Virus record (IMG/VR): IMGVR_UViG_3300042460_000659
Span: 1-63,799 of that record
From: a virus
Lineage: Duplodnaviria; Caudoviricetes
DNA: 63,799 nt
Reading direction: 5' to 3' (one strand)
The position numbers and the translations under genes are program-made. The notes below the pieces were generated by a model. The model did no database searches. It had not been told where the DNA came from and was given only the letters and a program-made list of their open reading frames with translations. Of the stretch, positions 1-7,552 are shown piece after piece (within the stretch, counting starts at the first letter, position 1; each line of letters opens with the position of its first letter).

Positions 1-1315
1 TGCTCGATCATCGCCAGCGTGGTGCCGACCGGGGCGTCAGACCGGCCCTCTCCCACCTGAAGCTCAGACGTCCCGCCGACACGCATGCCGGTCGTGGCGA
101 TGTTCTCGCACAGCGCCATCAGTGCGCCAGACGGTTCCTTGTACGGCAGCGGCATGATGGCGTCGCCGATCCGCTGGCCACCAGTTTTCACCAGCGCTGC
201 GCCACCCGGCGGGACGCGGAACACGTTTGTGTTCTGGCGCGCTCCGCTGTCCGACATCAGGAAGCCGGGGAAGTTGGCGAACATACCAGCGTCGAGCAGT
301 TCGCGCCACGCAGCGGTCACGGCGTTGGTCGTGTTGCCAAGGATGTGCAGAAGTCCGATGTCGTAGAACCCCAGACCCGGAACGAACGTGTACTTGACGA
401 ACGTCGTGCGCGCTTCCGGCAGGGCTTCGGTGTCCTCATCGTAGTTCCGTACGATGCTCAGGATTTCACGCGACGAGATGTCGATGGTCACCCGGTACGG
501 GATTTCCAGACCGGACGGCTTGCCCTTGTGCTTGTGTTCGTAGCCCTTGATGTCCAGTTCGCAGTAGACCTCATAGATTTCGCGGTCACGGTCATCCGGG
601 TTCGAAACGGTGACCGAGATGCCCTGCTGCGAAGCCTTGGCTTCCTGCGCGGCGTCGACCGTGACCTCCTTGGGCGTGGAAAGCTCCACGTCGCGATAGA
701 CGCCCAGTATCTGCAGGCGCTTCACGGTCGACGGCTTCAGGGTAACCCGGTGCGTGACGCGCAGAGCGCTGGACAGGTCCGTGGCCTTGTTGTTCACGAT
801 CAGGTCATCGGCATCCACGCTGTCGGACGCGGGGCGGTTGCGCAGCGGACAGAAGTAAATCTTCTTGAACGCGGTGCCGCCGAAGCCCAGCAGCAGAAGC
901 ATGCGGTCTGTGTCCGGGTAGTACTCGCGCGCCGTCGACGTCAGGTAGTGGTTCATGTCCTTCTCAAGGGCATCCGCCAGCTGATCACGCTCCAGCGTCG
1001 TGCCGTTGGCGTCGTCCCTGATCTTGACCGGACCGTCTGTCGGCAGAAGCTCAGACCGGGCGTTGGCTTGGAAGCGCAGCACGGCTTCCTGCAGCAGCGG
1101 GTGCCGGACCTTGGACATGCCTTCGACCGGTGCGCCGTCGGACGCGCCCTGCACGCCGGGAAGCTCGATCTTGAGGCCCAGCAGCTTGATGCCCTGCGCC
1201 CTGTCGTCGATCCACTCGTTGCGGCTCTCCAGATCGTCCTGAACGCCTCGCAGCAGGTCTTCGGTGATGCTGCTCAGTTCGTCGTCATCGATGTCGTCGG
1301 CGAGGTTGTCGAACC
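1..1315. repeat. Terminal direct repeat, left copy (matches 62485-63799, offset 62,484)
   Basis: The first 1315 nt are colinear with the last 1315 nt, with scattered substitutions; shadow ORFs 64..309 and 62548..62793 correspond. Confidence 0.97.
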
Positions 1316-1538
1316 AGCCCGACGGACCCTTCTTGCCTTCGGCATCTTCGATGGGCTTGCCGTCCAGCGACACGGTGATGGACCCATCGCCATGGTCGAT
1401 CCGCAGGACGGCACCATCGGTATCGAACTCAGGTACGTCGATGTCTTCGTCGGCGTTCTCGATGGTGACGTCCATGGGGGCGATGGCAGCCTCTTCCGGC
1501 TCCTCTTGCAGTCGGATGTTTGGTGACAGGCCGGACAT
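1..1538 (-). CDS. Portal protein, 5' part (runs off the window start; continues in the 61707-63799 copy)
   Basis: ATG at 1538 gives MSGLSPNIRLQEE...WFDNLADDIDDDEL...HPLLQEAVLRFQANARSELLPTDGPVK, the same protein as the 61707 ORF. Confidence 0.88.
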   Translation of the reverse strand, partial: MSGLSPNIRLQEEPEEAAIAPMDVTIENADEDIDVPEFDTDGAVLRIDHGDGSITVSLDGKPIEDAEGKKGPSGWFDNLADDIDDDELSSITEDLLRGVQDDLESRNEWIDDRAQGIKLLGLKIELPGVQGASDGAPVEGMSKVRHPLLQEAVLRFQANARSELLPTDGPVKIRDDANGTTLERDQLADALEKDMNHYLTSTAREYYPDTDRMLLLLGFGGTAFKKIYFCPLRNRPASDSVDADDLIVNNKATDLSSALRVTHRVTLKPSTVKRLQILGVYRDVELSTPKEVTVDAAQEAKASQQGISVTVSNPDDRDREIYEVYCELDIKGYEHKHKGKPSGLEIPYRVTIDISSREILSIVRNYDEDTEALPEARTTFVKYTFVPGLGFYDIGLLHILGNTTNAVTAAWRELLDAGMFANFPGFLMSDSGARQNTNVFRVPPGGAALVKTGGQRIGDAIMPLPYKEPSGALMALCENIATTGMRVGGTSELQVGEGRSDAPVGTTLAMIE

Positions 1539-1555
1539 GCTGATCCCTCAAGGTA

Positions 1556-1588
1556 ATGGCTGCCCCCGACCATATCAGAGGCAGCCAC
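1556..1588 (-). terminator. Stem-loop between array 1 and the portal start (possible terminator or processing site)
   Basis: TGGCTGCC...GGCAGCCA inverted repeat; no strong U tract. Confidence 0.4.
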
Positions 1589-1612
1589 CCTTGTCATGTA
1601 GGTCTATTACTG

Positions 1613-1851
1613 GACCGCCTAGCCGTACCGGGCCAGACCATGCCTTACCTAACCGAAACCGACCTAAACCGCCGTACCACGGCATACCAGTCCCCGCCGT
1701 ACCTCAACCGACCTTGACCGCCTTGCCGCGCCGCGCCCCGCCATACCAGACCTAGCCGTACCGCACCCAGACCGCCTTGCCTTGCCGAACCATGCCATAC
1801 CGAACCAGACCATACACAACCCGACCCTGACCGCCGTACCTTGACCGTGCC
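1613..1851 (-). ncRNA. GGY-NN pentamer array 1 (candidate guide-RNA array, 4 full units)
   Basis: Minus strand reads GGCGGTC-NN-(GGY-NN)n. Delimiters on the + strand start at 1613, 1667, 1716, 1770 and 1829 (spacings 54, 49, 54, 59, all 5n+4). Intergenic. Confidence 0.8.
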
Positions 1852-1855
1852 AGCC

Positions 1856-2341
1856 CTAAGCGGACTTGGCTTTTTCAGCGTGCGCTGCGATGGCCTCGAT
1901 GACCTGCAGGTCGTAATCCGAAAAGACGCTGGCGTAGCGATCCAGCCAGCTGCGCTGCGAACGTGCGCCCTGCCGCTGAAGCTCCGCGACGTGTTCCGCG
2001 TCCTCCGGATCGAACCTCTCGTAGCCGCCACCGGCGCGGCGACCCGCCATTGGCGAGACGTAGGCCGGGTACTCATGCGTGATGATCTGCACCACGTTGG
2101 CTTCGGTGACTGTGCTGACATTGGAAACAATCCGCAGCCCGCTGGCCATCTGACGCGCAAGACCAATCCGGTACTCCCGCGCCGCAGCCTCGTCGTCCTT
2201 GGCGAAGAACCACGAATATGCCTGATGGTCAGGCCTCTCTGACAGCCAGTCAACGAACCCAGAGGCGCTGAACATGTTCTCGCCGCTGTCTTGCAGGTAG
2301 CCGTCGATGATCTTCTGACGGTCCCGTTTTGTAAAAGCCAT
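1856..2341 (-). CDS. Conserved phage protein, partner of the RAMP-like gene (about 161 aa; alternative start 2347)
   Basis: ORF with a GGGAGA SD; motif WFFAKDDEAAAREYRIGLARQ; lies between the two arrays. Confidence 0.8.
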   Translation of the reverse strand: MAFTKRDRQKIIDGYLQDSGENMFSASGFVDWLSERPDHQAYSWFFAKDDEAAAREYRIGLARQMASGLRIVSNVSTVTEANVVQIITHEYPAYVSPMAGRRAGGGYERFDPEDAEHVAELQRQGARSQRSWLDRYASVFSDYDLQVIEAIAAHAEKAKSA

Positions 2342-2360
2342 TCTCATTCTCCCTAATTTT

Positions 2361-2675
2361 GACCGCCCCGCCGCGCCCTACCCTGCCTTGACCAACCTGC
2401 CATGACCGCCTTGCCGGACCCGACCTAGCCCCAACAAGCCATGCCTCGCCTTGACCGTCCCAACAAGCCATGCCATGCCGCGCCCCGCCTTGACCGCCCA
2501 GCCGCGCCCCGCCTCACCCGTCCGTACCTTACCTTGACCGCCATGCCGGACCTTTCCGGACCTGAACTAGCCCCGCCAAGCCGTTCCACACCTTGACCGC
2601 CTATCCCTGCCTCACCACGCCAGACCCCGACATACCACGCCGTCCGCGCCCCGCCTCGACCGCCTTGACCGTGGG
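2361..2675 (-). ncRNA. GGY-NN pentamer array 2 (candidate guide-RNA array, about 6 units)
   Basis: GACCGCC/GACCGTC delimiters on the + strand at 2361, 2404, 2453, 2492, 2536, 2595 and 2658, with NN-RCC pentamers between them; intergenic. Confidence 0.8.
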
Positions 2676-2703
2676 CAGCAGGTTTCCCCACTGCCCGGTT
2701 GCT

Positions 2704-3462
2704 TTAAGCTGCGCGACGCTGACGCTCGTCCATCAGCATGTCCATCAGTTCGAAGGTTTCATCATCCGCGTACTCTGGATGGGACAGGGCAGCCTCCTGA
2801 ACGGCGCGACCCTCCTGCTTGACCTCCGCGATATAGTCCGCCCACTCGCCGCCATCAGGACCAGCCACGGCGAAGCATCCATAGCTGCCACGGCCCTTCT
2901 CTTGGCGGAAGTCGCCGATGCCGACGATCACTCCAGCGTTGGACAGGAGCGACACGATGGAGTGCGTCGACAGCGTGGGCGTGACGAAAGCGATATCGAC
3001 TTCGGCCACCCAACGGGGCAGGAATGCACGGGTCCGGATGTCGGGCGTCTTGTTCATGTCGGCGCTGCGGACAACGTCCATCTTCAGGTACGGCTTGCCC
3101 CACATGCGGATGCGCTGCTCAGGCAGGAAGATCAGGCGCTGAACGCTGCTTTTGGTGACGCCTGCGGTCTCAAGCGCAGCAGTAGCCATCGCGCCCTTCA
3201 CGCCGGGTGCCGGGAATGCCAGAGCCGTCTCGCCGGTCGCCATGCGGTACACGCTGTCGCGGTATTCTTCTTCGGGGTCGTGCTTGAGTTCTTTCCGTTC
3301 GGCAGCGGTCTTCTTGCCACCACCAACCAGCAGGGACCGCTTGGCTTTGGCGCTCATGGCGTTGAAGTAAAACCCCGTCGTGCCGATCAGGGTGAGGGTG
3401 ACGCGCCCCTGCTTGAGGGCGTCGATGTGCAGCGTTCCCGCTTCTGCTTTCTTGGTAACCAT
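2704..3462 (-). CDS. Cas7/RAMP-like RNA-binding protein (252 aa)
   Basis: N-terminal strand VTLTLIGTTG, FPAPGVKGAM motif and C-terminal Gly-rich loop GIGDFRQEKGRGSYGCF are typical of RAMP/Cas7-group proteins; GGAGA SD upstream of ATG 3462. Confidence 0.7.
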   Translation of the reverse strand: MVTKKAEAGTLHIDALKQGRVTLTLIGTTGFYFNAMSAKAKRSLLVGGGKKTAAERKELKHDPEEEYRDSVYRMATGETALAFPAPGVKGAMATAALETAGVTKSSVQRLIFLPEQRIRMWGKPYLKMDVVRSADMNKTPDIRTRAFLPRWVAEVDIAFVTPTLSTHSIVSLLSNAGVIVGIGDFRQEKGRGSYGCFAVAGPDGGEWADYIAEVKQEGRAVQEAALSHPEYADDETFELMDMLMDERQRRAA

Positions 3463-3556
3463 AGTTCCAGTCTCCATGTCATGTGAGGCTGGCAAACTGG
3501 CGCTGCTGTGATAAACACAGCGCAAGACCATATGCCGCTAGCCCGGTTTTGGTTCA

Positions 3557-3626
3557 GACACGGCGGGCGGTCCTACCCGCTTCGCCGTGTCGGTCCTTTA
3601 TTACATATACCACTTTTCCATGCAAC
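3557..3626 (-). promoter_or_regulatory. Candidate promoter and leader hairpin for the RAMP-like operon
   Basis: AT-rich TTGCAT...TAATAA on the minus strand (about 3598-3625), followed by hairpin GACACGGCG...CGCCGTGTC (3557-3591). Confidence 0.4.
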
Positions 3627-4001
3627 CTATTTTTCCAGAAGAAGGTATGCACCGGCGAGATAATTGATAGCGCCAAGGATTTCCCGCTTGGCGGCCTCAG
3701 GCTCCATCCGCGACGCCTCCTGCGCCTTCTTCATGGCCTGTCCAAGGCAGAAACCCGGACCCACCATGCGCCCGATCTCCAGCATGGGCTGTTGATCGAA
3801 CGGTTTACCATTGCCGTGCCGCTCAGCGCCCTTGCCCTGCAGCGCCTGATCCAATGCCAGATCGAGGACGCCTTGCAGGGTGAGTTGCTGGTTGTCGGCC
3901 ACAGGCGTGAAGCACCGGAAGCCAAGGCATTTGTCCGAGTGTTCGTCGCCCATCTTGGCACTGCACACCGGGCATGCCGCCGAGATCATCCACTTAGCCA
4001 T
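3627..4001 (-). CDS. Conserved hypothetical phage protein
   Basis: 124 aa ORF overlapping dcd; motif GKGAERHGNGKPF...GQAMKKAQE...ILGAINYLA. Confidence 0.75.
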   Translation of the reverse strand: MAKWMISAACPVCSAKMGDEHSDKCLGFRCFTPVADNQQLTLQGVLDLALDQALQGKGAERHGNGKPFDQQPMLEIGRMVGPGFCLGQAMKKAQEASRMEPEAAKREILGAINYLAGAYLLLEK

Positions 4002-4488
4002 CTATCGCCTCCACCGGTCTGTCAGGCTGGCCCTGATACTTGCCATCGTACGATGCATGATCTGACGTCTTGTGGAAGACGACCTGAGCGATGCCAGCGC
4101 CCGCCGGAATTGTGAGTTCATGCCGCCCATGGTAGACCAGTTCCAGCGTCAGGAACCCGCTCCACCCGCTTTCGATCACGGTGTTGAACACGGACAGGCC
4201 GCGCCGTGCCCACGTGGACTTGTCGTGGACGACGCCCACCATGTCGACCGGCATCTGGAACTCCTCGATGGACGAAGCAAGAGCAAAACGGCCCAGCGCG
4301 AAGGAACCATCCACCCAGAGGCCAGCCTTCTGGACAGCGTTCTCAGGCCGGAAAATGATCTCCTGCTTGATGCGGATGTCATAGCCCGCCTCGGACATGC
4401 CCCAGCTGACGCCATGCTCACGTCGTTTGTCGGGCACCATGCCGATGATCGGGGCAGCCTCAAGCAGGGATCGACGGTTGATGATCAT
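3994..4488 (-). CDS. dcd: dCTP deaminase
   Basis: AGYDIRI, DKSTWARRGL, VIESGWSGFLTLEL, GIAQVVF and YDGKYQGQ motifs; ATGA overlap with the upstream ORF. Confidence 0.92.
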   Translation of the reverse strand: MIINRRSLLEAAPIIGMVPDKRREHGVSWGMSEAGYDIRIKQEIIFRPENAVQKAGLWVDGSFALGRFALASSIEEFQMPVDMVGVVHDKSTWARRGLSVFNTVIESGWSGFLTLELVYHGRHELTIPAGAGIAQVVFHKTSDHASYDGKYQGQPDRPVEAIDG

Positions 4489-4691
4489 TTCCATTTCTCC
4501 AGTGCAGCCTTGGCGATCCGGACGCAGCGCTTTACCGTCGCGTTGGATCGAGGCGTGTCGCAGATCGAGATGTCGTACAGCGCCAAGGCCAAGCCCTGAT
4601 TGGACAGGCGCTCCGACGCAAGCAGCTGCCGGGACACTGCGAGGTGGGCGTTGAGACGCCTGACCTCTCTCCATGGGTTTAGAAACAGCAT
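4485..4691 (-). CDS. Hypothetical protein (68 aa)
   Basis: Translationally coupled on both sides. Confidence 0.65.
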   Translation of the reverse strand: MLFLNPWREVRRLNAHLAVSRQLLASERLSNQGLALALYDISICDTPRSNATVKRCVRIAKAALEKWK

Positions 4692-5014
4692 CAGTTCAAA
4701 CTCCTGTTGGTTTCCCGGCGGTGTACCCAGTCACCATCTGCGGCGGACATGAGGGCCATGGTGAGCATGCTCAGGAACCGCTGCGCGCCCTCCGGGTTGT
4801 CAAAGTAGATCACGGTGCCCTTGTTGTCGGTGATCATCTTGACGACATCAGCCGTCTCGTCGTCGAGGGCGCTCTTGAGGTTCACGCCAGCCTCCGTCGA
4901 GATCGCGGAGGAGTTGATGATCGCGACGAACGGCATCAGCTGATGCGTCCCCGGAGGCTTGCCGATCCCAACAGCAATCAGGGCGTCGTCGCCCCCATAG
5001 GTGTAATAGCTCAC
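4691..5014 (-). CDS. Hypothetical protein (about 107 aa, GTG start)
   Basis: GTGA overlap with the upstream stop; reads SYYTYGGDDALIAVG... Confidence 0.65.
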   Translation of the reverse strand: MSYYTYGGDDALIAVGIGKPPGTHQLMPFVAIINSSAISTEAGVNLKSALDDETADVVKMITDNKGTVIYFDNPEGAQRFLSMLTMALMSAADGDWVHRRETNRSLN

Positions 5015-5199
5015 TGGTTGGCCTCCGAGAACCGGCGCATGCCCTCCATTGCGGCCTCCCGCTCGGTCTTGGCCGTGACCGTGTACGTATCGGTGATGCC
5101 GCTGTGGTCCCACTCTCCGTGGACCGTCACAATGTACTCGATCTCCGTGTCGCTGTCCGTATCTGGCGAAACGTAGGCATTGCAAAGCACGCGCTTCAT
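5011..5199 (-). CDS. Hypothetical protein (62 aa)
   Basis: GGGAGA SD before ATG 5199. Confidence 0.65.
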   Translation of the reverse strand: MKRVLCNAYVSPDTDSDTEIEYIVTVHGEWDHSGITDTYTVTAKTEREAAMEGMRRFSEANQ

Positions 5200-5251
5200 C
5201 TGGTTCTCCCTTTTGTACCTACAAGCAGGGTATTGGAAAACTGACAAGGTT

Positions 5252-6895
5252 TCAAGTGTTGTACAGCGGGGTCTCGTTGTTGTTGCCGTGGAACACCTGA
5301 CCGTCCTCGATCTCCCGCATGCGCTCAGCTGCCCGCACCAGATGACCGGTGACCCGCAGATGGCTCAGGGCCATGCTCACGGTGTCGACCAGATCGTCGT
5401 GCGCCCCACGCGGGAAGCTTGCCGTCTGCCGGATCACCATCTCGGCCCAGTCCTTGGTTGGGGCGTACACCATGCCTTCGCTGAAGATGTGCTGCACGGC
5501 GTACAGGCGGGCTGTCTTGTCCAGCGTCTTGGGGTCGTACAGGATCACCACGATCCCATCGTTGGCGAACACCTTGCGAAGCTCCTGCGCCACGCTGTGA
5601 CCGGCGGCCTTGTTCTCGATCAGCAGGACATCCACCTTCATTCGGCGGCACGTGCTGGCGGTCTTCTCCACAAGCTCAGCGAACTCCAGCCGCTCCTGCC
5701 ACGCGTACATCATCATGGCCTTGGGCACCGGGCCTACGGCCTCTGAGCTATAGCTCCGGGTGATGTCGATCTGACGCCCGTACCTGTCCACCGACCGGGT
5801 GGTCTGGGCCTCGCCGTCGCCGCTGAACGTGCCCCAGACCGTCATGGCGCTCGGGTCGTTCTCGGCCTTCTTGGTGTAGGCGGTGTCCAGCGATGCTACC
5901 ACGTACTCGATGTCCGGGTACTCTGACCGGTCCCAGACCTGCCACCAGCTGTCCTTGATGATCCCGCCGCCCCTTGGCTCCGGGGACTGCGCATACTGCC
6001 CAGCAGTCGCGTACGGCCCCATGGCGGCCTCGTCCCGGTCGACCACGTGCTGCGGGAAGCGATCAGGGAACAGAAGCTCGTCCCGATCTGTGCGAGGGTC
6101 TTCATAGCCCAGCAGGGTCGGAGAGGCCCGCAGCGGATCGTACCGCATTGGCAGCATGATGTGATCATACCCCATGTCGCTCTCGAGGATCACGCCGGAC
6201 ACGTCCCGCTCATGCAGGCGCTGCATCACCACCACGATGGCCGACCGGTCTGGGTTGTTCAGGCGGCTGGTCACGGCCTCCTTGAACAGGTTCGTGGCGG
6301 TCTCCCGCTTGGCGTCAGAGTTCGCGTCATCCACGCTGTGGGGGTCATCGATGATCACCCGGTCGCCCCGGTAGCCGGTGATGCCTTCGAACGCGCAGGC
6401 CTGCCTGAAGCCCGTGGCGGTGGTCTCAAACTTGGCCTTGGCGTCCTGATCGCTGGTCAGCACCACCCGGTCACCCCAGAGGCCCTGATACCACTCGGAC
6501 TTGACCAGACGGCGCATGCGCAGGCTGTCGCGGATGGCGAGGTCTTGGCTGTGGCTGGCGCACACGTAGCGCATGTGAGGCATGTTGCGCGGCCCCCACT
6601 CCCATGCAGGCCAGAACACCCCGATCAGCAGCGACTTCATGGTCCCCGGCGGCACGTTGACCAGAAGGCGGTTGTAGAACGTGCCGTCCTCGTCGAACGT
6701 CACGCCGTCGGTGATCGCCTCCAGATGCGCGCAAATGAAGTCGATGTGCCAGCCATGGATGTACGGCTGGCCCGGCTCGATGATGTGCCACGCCTGCTGG
6801 ACGAACGACGCCAGAGACATCTCGCAGCGCTTCTTGTTGATCACCGACAGTAGGGAAGACGGGTCTATCGAGACCGGAAGATCAATCTTCCCCAT
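5252..6895 (-). CDS. terL: Terminase large subunit
   Basis: Walker A-like NVPPGTMKS, Walker B IIDDPH, VVMQRLH; nuclease SLDTAY, IENKAAG, FPRGAHDDLVD. Confidence 0.95.
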   Translation of the reverse strand: MGKIDLPVSIDPSSLLSVINKKRCEMSLASFVQQAWHIIEPGQPYIHGWHIDFICAHLEAITDGVTFDEDGTFYNRLLVNVPPGTMKSLLIGVFWPAWEWGPRNMPHMRYVCASHSQDLAIRDSLRMRRLVKSEWYQGLWGDRVVLTSDQDAKAKFETTATGFRQACAFEGITGYRGDRVIIDDPHSVDDANSDAKRETATNLFKEAVTSRLNNPDRSAIVVVMQRLHERDVSGVILESDMGYDHIMLPMRYDPLRASPTLLGYEDPRTDRDELLFPDRFPQHVVDRDEAAMGPYATAGQYAQSPEPRGGGIIKDSWWQVWDRSEYPDIEYVVASLDTAYTKKAENDPSAMTVWGTFSGDGEAQTTRSVDRYGRQIDITRSYSSEAVGPVPKAMMMYAWQERLEFAELVEKTASTCRRMKVDVLLIENKAAGHSVAQELRKVFANDGIVVILYDPKTLDKTARLYAVQHIFSEGMVYAPTKDWAEMVIRQTASFPRGAHDDLVDTVSMALSHLRVTGHLVRAAERMREIEDGQVFHGNNNETPLYNT

Positions 6896-7400
6896 CTGCC
6901 TTCATGCTCTTCTCCAGCGCAGACGCCAGAACGTCCAGTTCTTCAAGGCTCAGGCTGGACACGTCCAGCTGTTTCGTCATCTGGATCGGCGGCAGGTCAA
7001 CTGCACCACCAATAGCCAGCTTGGGGCCGTACACTTTAGGCCGCAGCTTCTCAGCATACCACCGGCGCTGCTCCAGCCGCATCTTGGTCCGCTGGAAGTT
7101 CTCGGGCTTCAGATCAAAGCCGATGACCTCGCCATCCTCGTTCTTCTTGGTCATGTAATCGTTGGTACTATCGTCGGCGATGTCGATCAGTTCGTCTGCC
7201 CAAACCTCAGCCTGCAGCTGCCGCGCGCGTGCATACTTGCTGTCGAATTCTGGCATGTTCATCAACCACCGCATCACTGACGACATCGACGGCATGCCTT
7301 CGGTCTTCAGGATCGTGCGCAGGCTCTCTCCCATGCACAGGCGTTCGCAGATCGTATCCGCTATCTCTTCTGTGTAGCTCGATGGACGTCCTGCGGGCAT
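6882..7400 (-). CDS. terS: Terminase small subunit
   Basis: GRPSSYTEEIADTICERL...GESLRTI HTH, YARAR, RRWYAEKLRPKVYG; directly upstream of terL. Confidence 0.9.
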   Translation of the reverse strand: MPAGRPSSYTEEIADTICERLCMGESLRTILKTEGMPSMSSVMRWLMNMPEFDSKYARARQLQAEVWADELIDIADDSTNDYMTKKNEDGEVIGFDLKPENFQRTKMRLEQRRWYAEKLRPKVYGPKLAIGGAVDLPPIQMTKQLDVSSLSLEELDVLASALEKSMKADGED

Positions 7401-7552
7401 GTCTAATCCTCAAATAAAGTTCATGCCCGCAACATAGCGCCATCAGTGCGGAATGTCACCATCGCGATGCCAGACACCCCAAACCAGCGGGGCAGGCGGT
7501 GGCGGTGGTGGCTTTGACATCCCCATTTCCCGCAGGAACTTTTCCAGATCGG

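Noticed and set aside
345-1526. 393-aa + strand ORF, and similar long antisense ORFs (e.g. 45406..47115, 49883..51607, 54384..56237, 59503..61242)
   Set aside because: These are antisense shadows of well-supported minus-strand genes, caused by GC3 bias.
1-1538. Two separate portal genes
   Set aside because: The copies overlap colinearly at the contig ends and together form one gene on a circular map.
1613-2675. Canonical CRISPR array
   Set aside because: There is no 23-47-nt constant repeat with contiguous unique spacers and no cas1/cas2; the variation is interleaved as dinucleotides.
1613-2675. Self-targets of the NN strings within this genome (e.g. early promoters or the origin)
   Set aside because: By-eye spot checks gave only partial, non-significant matches; an exhaustive gapped search is still needed.
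1264-2691. Pro/Arg/Gly-rich ORFs over the arrays (1264..1755, 1645..2253, 2250..2471, 2425..2691)
   Set aside because: The 5-nt periodicity is not codon-compatible, there are no good SDs, and they overlap real genes; these are shadow ORFs of GC-rich repeats.
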